Below are positions 26,292 to 33,283 of a stretch of 33,283 nucleotides of DNA, one piece after another. The notes below the pieces were generated by a model. The model worked only from the letters and a program-made list of their open reading frames with translations. It was not told where the DNA came from and did no database searches. Origin of the DNA: a virus (lineage: Duplodnaviria; Caudoviricetes); the IMG/VR virus record IMGVR_UViG_3300040810_000002, positions 1 to 33,283 of that record, one strand, 5' to 3'. Each line of letters begins with the position of its first letter. Positions within the stretch are counted from its first letter, which is position 1. The position numbers were made by a program, and so were the translations under genes.

Positions 26292-26469
26292 GTTGTCTCC
26301 ATTTAAGTTCATGCAAGAGCATGTTTTGTTCATACTCCGACATTATCATCCAGTCTCTTATTTCCTCTGTAGACCTCTTGCACCCTATGCAAAAGCCATC
26401 GTCATCTAGACGACAAACCTTTACACAGGGCGAAGGTACTTGACCTACGTTAGGTCTACGATTTCGCAT
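26269..26469 (-). CDS. DUF1289 (YdhL-like) Cys-rich protein
   Basis: PSPCVKVCRLDDDGFCIGCKRSTEEIRDW, a C-x3-C-x7-C-x2-C pattern. Confidence 0.8.
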   Translation of the reverse strand: MRNRRPNVGQVPSPCVKVCRLDDDGFCIGCKRSTEEIRDWMIMSEYEQNMLLHELKWRQHVGGNHT

Positions 26470-28397
26470 GAGTCACCAGAACATGCCATTGTCTGCATAC
26501 CTGCTGTATTGTCCTCTTGCTCGTAGTCAGACAGTTTAGACCAGTCGATAGTTTCAGGCATCTGTGCTAACACATCCTCGTAGCTTGGCGTAATAACGTA
26601 CTCTGCATCATCCTCGTACCTTAAACCAGTGACAGGCTTATCCTTAAAGGTTTCCTGATAAGGTGCTTGCTGATAGGTATGATCTGAGTGTGGCAAAAAT
26701 GACACACCCGACATCTCGTCAAAATGCTCATACACAAATGCACCTACAGATACCCATTCATGGTCACGAACTGACACAGTAATGCTAGGTTTATGTTCAC
26801 ACCAGTGTCGTTGATACGTAAGCCATGTTTCTAGTTGCTCAATGGCTGTCATATCGTTACGTGTTACTGCACCTGCTGGGGCTTTCTGTGGGAAGCTAAA
26901 CACTGTTGTTGCATCTGGCTTCATCACATCAGGCTCATTAGGTACACCCTGATCAATCAAGAATTTAGTAAGCGGGTCCTTATTGTCTCCACGCACTGTG
27001 CGGATGTAATAAGGGCTGTGACGAGCATGTATCCCACTAGCAGAATCAACAAGTTGGGAGACAGTGCCAGAAGGTTTGACACAAGTGATAGCAGCAGAAG
27101 TAGGGATACCAAGACGTTCAGCCCATTCAGCATTAGTAGAGATAGCGACATTTTTTAGATGCTCCAGTGTTTTGGCTAACCCAGCATTAGCACTGGTCAT
27201 TAGCGGATTGTCCATGATGCCTGTTAGACTTACACCTAGCAGACGCTCTTCTTCCGTATTGTCTGTCCAATCCTTGGATAGGTACGGAAACTTTGTATAG
27301 GTAGCTTGGATTGTACCTAAGATAGTCGCATATTTTACCTTGCGTTCTATGTCTTCAATATTGTCTGTAGCACGTACTACGCACTCAGTAAGGTTGCAGA
27401 ACTGCGCATTTTTGAGGATTATCTCGCTGCAAGGATTCGTCCCGAAGTCACTGTCTGGATTACGACGACCATTCTTTGCAGCTTGCTTCTGTGATGCCTG
27501 ACGGTTAAAGATACCTCGTTCACCTGATTTACTTTCGATCAATGCTGTCCATTCACGCATGAATGTTTCTGCATCTGGCTTATCAGTATAAGCTACAGAG
27601 TTGTTAGCCAAGGCACGGTGTCCATAGTTTTCCCACCACTGTCCTGACTTAGCGTGACGCATCTTGTCGTCTGACAGGTTAGATAGGCTGATCATAGCAC
27701 TACGGCGTACACCACCTACTACGACAATCTCGCCAATCTTACACATGATGTCGTGACACTCAATAGATGTCAGCTTACGGCCTGTAGCATTCAAGAACTT
27801 CTCGACAGTAAAGTTGAACAAGTCTACTAGAGGTGCTGGTCCTGATGCACGACCACCAAAGGTCTTTAGTCTTGCACCTGCTGGTCGTACTTTAGATACG
27901 TCCCACTTAGGAATTTCACCAGACCACAACAATGCTAGTAATTGTCGGTATGCTTTAGCCCAACCTTCTTTACTGTCCTTCACTACAATCGTTGTATCAG
28001 ACTTGAATATCTTTTCTGGTACTTCTGGTAGTTTCTGGACATACTGTCGTTCAACACTGAACCCTACCCCCGTACCACACAACAGGATAAACATAGCCTC
28101 GTCAAAGCGTTTAGGCTTGTCTACAGCTACGTAAGAGCAGTTGTACATACAGGTATTATCACGGGCTGCTGCTGGTCCAGCGGTCATCATAGATCGCATA
28201 GAGGGCATAACCTCTAGTGACAAAATTGCATCACGTATATCTTTGATGTAACTGTCGTCACCTGCTAGTGGTTTAACAATATTGTCAACGTATCGGTCAA
28301 CTGTCTCTGACCAAGTTTCACGTTTGTCTCCAGTCCAACGGGCATAACGTGATAGTGCAATAAAGTTTTGATAGGGGGTAGGGAGCATATTGTTCAT
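26445..28397 (-). CDS. nrdJ: Class II (adenosylcobalamin-dependent) ribonucleotide reductase, RTPR-like
   Basis: MPSMR, YNCSY, LLCGTGVGFSV, VVVGGVRRSA, TNPCSEI, ERLLGVSLTG, TCVKPSGT, and a C-terminal CSGDSC pair. No beta-subunit gene adjacent. Confidence 0.9.
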   Translation of the reverse strand: MNNMLPTPYQNFIALSRYARWTGDKRETWSETVDRYVDNIVKPLAGDDSYIKDIRDAILSLEVMPSMRSMMTAGPAAARDNTCMYNCSYVAVDKPKRFDEAMFILLCGTGVGFSVERQYVQKLPEVPEKIFKSDTTIVVKDSKEGWAKAYRQLLALLWSGEIPKWDVSKVRPAGARLKTFGGRASGPAPLVDLFNFTVEKFLNATGRKLTSIECHDIMCKIGEIVVVGGVRRSAMISLSNLSDDKMRHAKSGQWWENYGHRALANNSVAYTDKPDAETFMREWTALIESKSGERGIFNRQASQKQAAKNGRRNPDSDFGTNPCSEIILKNAQFCNLTECVVRATDNIEDIERKVKYATILGTIQATYTKFPYLSKDWTDNTEEERLLGVSLTGIMDNPLMTSANAGLAKTLEHLKNVAISTNAEWAERLGIPTSAAITCVKPSGTVSQLVDSASGIHARHSPYYIRTVRGDNKDPLTKFLIDQGVPNEPDVMKPDATTVFSFPQKAPAGAVTRNDMTAIEQLETWLTYQRHWCEHKPSITVSVRDHEWVSVGAFVYEHFDEMSGVSFLPHSDHTYQQAPYQETFKDKPVTGLRYEDDAEYVITPSYEDVLAQMPETIDWSKLSDYEQEDNTAGMQTMACSGDSCEIVDLT

Positions 28398-28594
28398 TCT
28401 TGTTCTTTTCCTCGTCCACGCATTGTTTTGTCTTCACCTAGCCATACCAGACGATCAATGTCTGCACGACTAATTCCTATGTCATTTAGTTGTCGGTCAG
28501 TCATCTGATTAAGTTCTTTGATGACCTTACGATGTTCTCGCCATGTGGCTTGGTAGTTAATCCACCGCCACCACCATTTCATTAGTGTCTTCAC
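28394..28594 (-). CDS. DUF1127 (YjiS-like) small protein
   Basis: WREHRKVIKELNQMTDRQLNDIGISRADI matches the DUF1127 pattern R-x4-EL-x2-L/M-x-D-x2-L-x-DIG-x2-R. Confidence 0.85.
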   Translation of the reverse strand: MKTLMKWWWRWINYQATWREHRKVIKELNQMTDRQLNDIGISRADIDRLVWLGEDKTMRGRGKEQE

Positions 28595-28953
28595 CTTTTG
28601 TCTCCATTTCCACTGAGGACCCCACGTTCTTTGCGATCCTGTAACTTCTTTAGGTTTCCAACAGCAACATCCGACATGCTTACATTAAGATCACGGCAAA
28701 TTGCAGAAATATACCAAAGGCAGTCTCCTATTTCATCTAGGATACCCTCTCTATCAAAAACACCGTCACGTAGTATTTTCTTAACTTTATTGGCTACCTC
28801 TCCTAGTTCACCTGTTAAGCCAATTAAGGGGTATATAACTTGGTGTTCACTCTTGTATATAGCTGTCTTTGCTGCTGCGTTCTGATATACGTTCATCTCC
28901 ATTTCTGTCTGACTAAAGTATTCAAATGCTTCTATGTCTTCTCTACTGATCAT
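28591..28953 (-). CDS. mazG: MazG-like nucleotide pyrophosphohydrolase
   Basis: YQ-x2-A-x2-TA, GLTGELGEVANKVKK, DEIGDCLWY, NL-x-KL-x-DR. Confidence 0.85.
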   Translation of the reverse strand: MISREDIEAFEYFSQTEMEMNVYQNAAAKTAIYKSEHQVIYPLIGLTGELGEVANKVKKILRDGVFDREGILDEIGDCLWYISAICRDLNVSMSDVAVGNLKKLQDRKERGVLSGNGDKR

Positions 28954-29495
28954 TCTATCAACCTTCCATAAAACTCTGTTGGACCCCTGTGGTGTCGATT
29001 AAACAGATACCACGCACAGTTATCTTTACCTGTGTGTTTAGAACCTTCGATCCACTTAACTCTACCTACACTTACGATCTTAGAACAATATGTCATAAGA
29101 ACCGATGATTGCTTTGTGTGCATCCAGTCAGCATCAAATAATAGCCAAGTAGGCATGATGCCAATCCAAGTGTCTATGAAGTTATGTAGGAAGTTTCGTT
29201 CCCACGGTGGGTTAGTAATGCAATAGTCAATATCAAGTACATCATGTGGTTGTACATCCAGTGCATCCCACTGCATTACATCTTTTCTCTGTGGCTCTAT
29301 ATCGGAAGCCCACTGACAGTTACCTGCATAGTCAGTCAACTGTTCGATATGATCGACAAGCCTACCATCACCTGCACAAGGCTCTACAAAACTAAAACTG
29401 TCTTGTGGTAGGTGATCTATAAGAGGCTTAACAGCTTCTTCTGGTGTAGGGTAGTAGTCCCTAGGTACCCTGACAAAATCGGATCTTTTTCCCAT
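28950..29495 (-). CDS. DNA N6-adenine (amino) methyltransferase
   Basis: DYYPTP, motif I EPCAGDG, and motif IV ITNPPW in gamma-class order. Small and orphan. Confidence 0.8.
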   Translation of the reverse strand: MGKRSDFVRVPRDYYPTPEEAVKPLIDHLPQDSFSFVEPCAGDGRLVDHIEQLTDYAGNCQWASDIEPQRKDVMQWDALDVQPHDVLDIDYCITNPPWERNFLHNFIDTWIGIMPTWLLFDADWMHTKQSSVLMTYCSKIVSVGRVKWIEGSKHTGKDNCAWYLFNRHHRGPTEFYGRLIE

Positions 29496-29698
29496 CAGTG
29501 TATCACTACCTCTTCTGCCATACCTAAATCTATAGAACTGTATTCTGCTAAAGCTATAGCCTCTTCCTCAGATAAGTTTCTGTCATTCATAGCACGACCA
29601 ACCAATATGAACTTAGCCATATGTTTCAGTTTATCTATGTCGTCTTCTTGTTCTATTGTATCATACGCTTGTATGTAATCTGATAAACTCATAGCCAT
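29495..29698 (-). CDS. Hypothetical protein
   Basis: 67-aa acidic ORF tightly coupled to its neighbours, RBS GAGG. Confidence 0.55.
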   Translation of the reverse strand: MAMSLSDYIQAYDTIEQEDDIDKLKHMAKFILVGRAMNDRNLSEEEAIALAEYSSIDLGMAEEVVIH

Positions 29699-30069
29699 TC
29701 CTCTGGTATAGACTTATCTGCGTACAGGAACCCATGCTTGTCACACCACTGTGCATAAGTAGTCTTTGCACCCTTGTATAACTTTGCTCTAGAGTTCTGG
29801 AACACAAATCTGATGTCATGCTTTGGGTACTGTTTCTGAATTAGCAAATGCTTTTTTCTATCTGCCACTGTGAACCGCCCCTTAGTTTCGACTATGATAC
29901 CATTGGGTAAGATGAAGTCTGGTGTATAGGTACGGTCTTCCTCGACACGATACTTGATTTTCTGTGTCTCATACTCATACTTAACACCAGCTTCCTCTAA
30001 TTCCTTTGATACCCTCTCTTCTAGACCAGAACGATAGCCATGCTTTATCGCTTGTCTGGTGGTTGCCAT
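29689..30069 (-). CDS. Endonuclease I / Holliday junction resolvase (T7 gp3-like)
   Basis: YRSGLEE...YTPDFILPNGIIVETKGRF...DRKKHLLI...DIRFVFQNS...TTYAQWC. Confidence 0.92.
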   Translation of the reverse strand: MATTRQAIKHGYRSGLEERVSKELEEAGVKYEYETQKIKYRVEEDRTYTPDFILPNGIIVETKGRFTVADRKKHLLIQKQYPKHDIRFVFQNSRAKLYKGAKTTYAQWCDKHGFLYADKSIPEEWL

Positions 30070-30752
30070 ATTTCCCCTTCGTATCGTCGTAGCCAGAGCA
30101 ATCTAGCATTTTCCACTACACGATCTACATCGCCATCATAAGCCTTAACGACTGTATGCCACAAATCTTCCTCAGTGGTTGACCCTTTGAGTATCTTCTC
30201 AGCTTTCTTAGGGCCAACTTGAGGTAGACCGTGGATGTTGTCAGCACTGTCCCCTGTCAATATCTGGGTATAGAAGAACTTAATTCCCTCGTCGGGGGTA
30301 ACCTTATTCATCGTACCTTTAACAGGATTGTAATGCCAGCATGGAACCTGTAGCATGTCCTTATCTACTGACACGATAGTACAGTCATGGTCGAGTTCTG
30401 TAGCATGTATCGCTAGACAATCGTCTGCTTCTTGTTCCACACTGACAACCGTTTGCCAATCTGACACCATATAGTCACGAATGAATGAAAGGTGTTTAGG
30501 CTTTTCTCTTTTGGACCTATTACCTTTGTAAACATGTGACTTGGCAATGTCGTGTCTAAACTGATGTCCACTGCATGTGATATAGATTTGGTAGTCGTCA
30601 CTGTCCCAAGGCCAGCCACATACATACTCTATACTCATTTGCAGTATCTCGTCAGTCTTTACACGTGCAGCCCGTTCGCTTTCATCTTGAGTAGAAAAGG
30701 CAGCACGATAGGCGAATACATCACCGTCGATTAAAGCCTTTCCGTATCCCAT
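30045..30752 (-). CDS. 5'-3' exonuclease (T7 gp6/FEN-like)
   Basis: LIDGD, YKGNR, EADD, DKDM-x-Q, LTGDSADNIHGLPQVGPKKA (helix-hairpin-helix). ATG at 30752 coupled to the upstream stop. Confidence 0.9.
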   Translation of the reverse strand: MGYGKALIDGDVFAYRAAFSTQDESERAARVKTDEILQMSIEYVCGWPWDSDDYQIYITCSGHQFRHDIAKSHVYKGNRSKREKPKHLSFIRDYMVSDWQTVVSVEQEADDCLAIHATELDHDCTIVSVDKDMLQVPCWHYNPVKGTMNKVTPDEGIKFFYTQILTGDSADNIHGLPQVGPKKAEKILKGSTTEEDLWHTVVKAYDGDVDRVVENARLLWLRRYEGEIWQPPDKR

Positions 30753-30952
30753 CAGAAACTCGACCAAGCCATTTCGCCACCCTCTTTGTGCGCACCGATG
30801 GATTCCACGTAGGTGTACCCTGCTGCGAGGCAAGCATCGTGATATAGATGTAGGAGATCATATAAGCTATCTACCTCTTGTCGTTCGATGGTGACGGAGC
30901 CTGAAACCCCGTCCTCATCTTTGTCCATTACAAAACTAATTTCTACTTGCAT
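30752..30952 (-). CDS. Hypothetical protein
   Basis: 66-aa ORF coupled on both sides (TAATG and TGATG overlaps). Confidence 0.55.
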   Translation of the reverse strand: MQVEISFVMDKDEDGVSGSVTIERQEVDSLYDLLHLYHDACLAAGYTYVESIGAHKEGGEMAWSSF

Positions 30953-31500
30953 TAACCTGCCGCCGCAAAAATCATGTCATCTTCTGATGGTTCACTTGTA
31001 CGTTCAATCAGTTCAGTGACAGCAATACCGTTGAGGCGAAGACCGTTACCGTCAGCATAGGTTTCAAACTGCACCTTGGCCCGTGTACCGTTGCCTAGTT
31101 CACCATCTTCTGCGAAGTCCCACTTACTGACGTTTTCCTTACCTTGACGTAGGTCAACTACCTTAACAGGACCACCTAGGTTGACGTTCTCTTTGGTTAC
31201 TGGGTCGATCCAGTCACGTACATCATCAGCTACGCCACGTTTGATCTTCATGTACTTACCAATACCGAAGTCAGCATTGCCCTCTTGAATACGAGCGTTA
31301 CCCATGACTGTGGCCTTGAAGCCATCCATCATAAGTTTGTCAATCTGTTCTTGACTGGTGAAGTATGCATTTACGACATACTGACCACCCTTCATAGCAA
31401 TCTGTTGTTGCCATTGTGGCCCATCCATGTTGCCCATGTCTGCGTTCTCAGGGAATACTTTTGCATATTCTAGAACCATGTCGAGTGTGTATCTTGCCAT
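30952..31500 (-). CDS. Probable single-stranded DNA-binding protein (T7 gp2.5-like)
   Basis: YAKVF, ELGNGTRAKV, GLRLNGIAV-x-EL, and an acidic tail with an aromatic residue (SEPSEDDMIF). Located between polymerase and exonuclease. Confidence 0.6.
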   Translation of the reverse strand: MARYTLDMVLEYAKVFPENADMGNMDGPQWQQQIAMKGGQYVVNAYFTSQEQIDKLMMDGFKATVMGNARIQEGNADFGIGKYMKIKRGVADDVRDWIDPVTKENVNLGGPVKVVDLRQGKENVSKWDFAEDGELGNGTRAKVQFETYADGNGLRLNGIAVTELIERTSEPSEDDMIFAAAG

Positions 31501-31531
31501 ATTGTGTATCCTTTTCTAACACTGGTAACTA

Positions 31532-31560
31532 TATATAGGACTTTTTTTCGTCCTTGTAAA
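31532..31560 (-). promoter_or_regulatory. Sigma70-like promoter driving the SSB-to-PhoH gene block
   Basis: On the - strand: TTTACA, 17-nt spacer, TATATA, with A-tracts upstream (UP-like), in an 80-bp AT-rich intergenic gap. Confidence 0.6.
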
Positions 31561-31580
31561 CTTTTTTGTCATTTTTTATC

Positions 31581-33283
31581 CTAGTGGATGTCTGCATATG
31601 TCCTACCGAACTGGGCATCTATACCTAATGTTACATTTAGTCGCAGTTCATTGTTGAGGTTGTCTATGCTCATATTCATAATGTTCTCTGTTTTGTCCTC
31701 ATCTCCTTCTTCGGTTAAGACGATTACTTCGTCATGGAACTGGCCAATAGTCTGTAGTCCCATTTCTCTGATACCCTTTACCCAACTGTCAAAACAATAG
31801 ACACCTGTAGATTGGTTCAAGGTACTAAACCGATCCTTATCAGATCGTAAAGAGTGCCAGAAACCAGACACAGGATTGTAAAGCCAATCAGAGCCAAGAA
31901 CAGTTCGTACCCTTGCATCTTCACTCACTTTCTGCACAGACCAGTTGCGTGACCAGAATGCGTCTAGGAGCGTCTGTGCTTCGCTCTCAGACATACCTGT
32001 GTTTCTGGCTAGGGTCTGCTTACCTACGCCATAAGTCGCACTGTAGTTCACCACCTTGTAGTTCTTACGCAGTGCCTTGAGGCTACGTTCACCTGAGTTG
32101 TGTTTGTCGATGTCATCTTGTGTGACGACACCTGCGTGTTTGGCAAGGTCAAGGTGTGGGTCAAACCCATCCTTAGACATTTCCTCGACATAATCAGGGT
32201 CTAGTGGTTTCATGTAGTGACGCTTGGTCGTGTCCTCTAATGATGTCATATCGGCACCACACAGAGTGTAACCTTCTGGTGCTGTCAGGCATTCCCTTAT
32301 TTCTTTTCCGTACTGTCGATCAACGCTTGGCAAGTTGACACATGGTCGGGCGTGACGAAAGCGGAAGGTGTTAGTAAGCCCTGCAACAGTAGCTTGCACG
32401 TATCCATCGTTCTCTGATTCAAGTAAGCCCTTGATGACCCCAATACGATGAGAAAGAACAGTGAGGCCATCAAGCAAACCAATAGCAGGTTCCCGTTCAA
32501 CCAACTCACGTACCGAGGAACAGAGTTCTCCGTCTTTACGTATTTGTTCCAGTTTCCTTGTGGAGCCATCTGCTTCCCTCATAAACTTAAATGTACGTGG
32601 TTCCCACCCTAGCATGAACAACCACTCTTTTACCTGTGATACAGAACTAGGGTTAGCACGATCTTCACCAACCTTGACTTTCAGGCTCTGGGTACTCGTC
32701 GGGACCTTGTGGTCCTTGCAGAGTTGTTCCCACTTGGCACCGTTTGCAGACAAACTTCCGTCCTGTTTGTGGTACACCTTTGGTCGTGTCCGTACAGCGT
32801 AACTGACTACCTTCGGCATAACATTGGCAAGTGCCTCTGTCTTCTCTTGCTTGAGTGCTTCCCACTCTTGTAAGTGGGATTGTGCCTTGGGTACGTCTAA
32901 TTTCCATCGTAGGGCCTCTTGCTCTGCTGCACACTGTAGCTTGAACGTCAGGTAGTCGATCAGTCGCCACTTGTCACTTTCGTTTTTATACAGTTGATCT
33001 AGTTTGTAGTTTAGTCGTTTGTACAATGCATAGTTGATAAGTACGTCCTCGTTACAGCGGTGTGCATATTCCTCTGGTGTGAGGTTTTCCCAGTCGTCAA
33101 TTTGAGGCTTGGGTATGTTGAAGTCCTCACCATAAGACGCAAGACCGTGGCTTGGTCGCCAGAAGTCTAGATACCACGACAAGGCTAGAGTATCGACTAG
33201 CTTTGCCTTGATCTTGACCCCTAGCACTTTTTCCACTTGGGGGATGTCAAAGCGGATAATGTTATGACCAATGAGTATATCTG
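31581..33283 (-). CDS. polA: DNA polymerase family A (5'-partial; frame open to the window end)
   Basis: ExoII (LIGHNIIRFD, upstream of the ORF-track start), ExoIII (YAHRCNEDV), motif A (GADMTSLE), motif B (RKNYKVVNYSATYG) and motif C (QFHDEV). Confidence 0.93.
   Translation of the reverse strand, partial: DILIGHNIIRFDIPQVEKVLGVKIKAKLVDTLALSWYLDFWRPSHGLASYGEDFNIPKPQIDDWENLTPEEYAHRCNEDVLINYALYKRLNYKLDQLYKNESDKWRLIDYLTFKLQCAAEQEALRWKLDVPKAQSHLQEWEALKQEKTEALANVMPKVVSYAVRTRPKVYHKQDGSLSANGAKWEQLCKDHKVPTSTQSLKVKVGEDRANPSSVSQVKEWLFMLGWEPRTFKFMREADGSTRKLEQIRKDGELCSSVRELVEREPAIGLLDGLTVLSHRIGVIKGLLESENDGYVQATVAGLTNTFRFRHARPCVNLPSVDRQYGKEIRECLTAPEGYTLCGADMTSLEDTTKRHYMKPLDPDYVEEMSKDGFDPHLDLAKHAGVVTQDDIDKHNSGERSLKALRKNYKVVNYSATYGVGKQTLARNTGMSESEAQTLLDAFWSRNWSVQKVSEDARVRTVLGSDWLYNPVSGFWHSLRSDKDRFSTLNQSTGVYCFDSWVKGIREMGLQTIGQFHDEVIVLTEEGDEDKTENIMNMSIDNLNNELRLNVTLGIDAQFGRTYADIH

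Noticed and set aside
26706-26713. Second ACCCGACA copy
   Set aside because: Falls inside nrdJ coding sequence (Met-Ser-Gly-Val on the - strand). One extra 8-mer in 33 kb is compatible with chance.
30753-30833. N-terminal extension of the exonuclease in the ORF track
   Set aside because: It overlaps the upstream gene. The conserved LIDGD motif begins right after ATG 30752, which is coupled to the upstream stop.
1-33283. Diversity-generating retroelement, CRISPR array, tRNA genes, integrase, inteins or introns
   Set aside because: I saw no reverse transcriptase, no adenine-mismatched TR/VR pair, no spaced direct repeats, no intergenic room or cloverleaf for tRNAs, and no recombinase. polA and nrdJ are uninterrupted.
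1-33283. Stop-codon reassignment
   Set aside because: Genes tile the window at expected lengths under the standard code, and TAA, TGA and TAG all act as stops.

Overview
A 33.3-kb fragment of a tailed dsDNA phage genome, densely coding, with two convergent arms that meet at a bidirectional terminator (~24406-24442). The + strand (1-24393) is a siphovirus-type morphogenesis and lysis operon. In order it holds a fibre/receptor-binding cluster placed upstream of the head genes, an XkdF-type prohead protease with three extra N-terminal domains, scaffold, capsid cement, major capsid protein, head-tail connectors, tail tube, a G/GT-type chaperone pair with a probable -1 frameshift, tape measure, tail tip genes, an M15 endolysin and six small, mostly membrane proteins. 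The - strand (24447-33283) is a T7/cobavirus-like replication and nucleotide module: family A DNA polymerase (5'-partial), probable SSB, 5'-3' exonuclease, endonuclease I, N6-adenine methyltransferase, MazG-like, DUF1127, class II RNR, DUF1289, glutaredoxin, PhoH and DUF3310. Gene content suggests an alphaproteobacterial, possibly marine Roseobacter-type, host; this is inference. The most notable observations are a protease that looks like a self-cleaving K|A polyprotein carrying small cargo domains, a pseudoknot-forming intergenic RNA after the tail tube gene, apparent complete absence of CCGG and CGCG, a holin-like protein with a canonical EF-hand loop, and a unimolecular spanin candidate. 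No tRNA, CRISPR array, integrase or reverse transcriptase was seen. Family names come from recalled motifs, not database searches.
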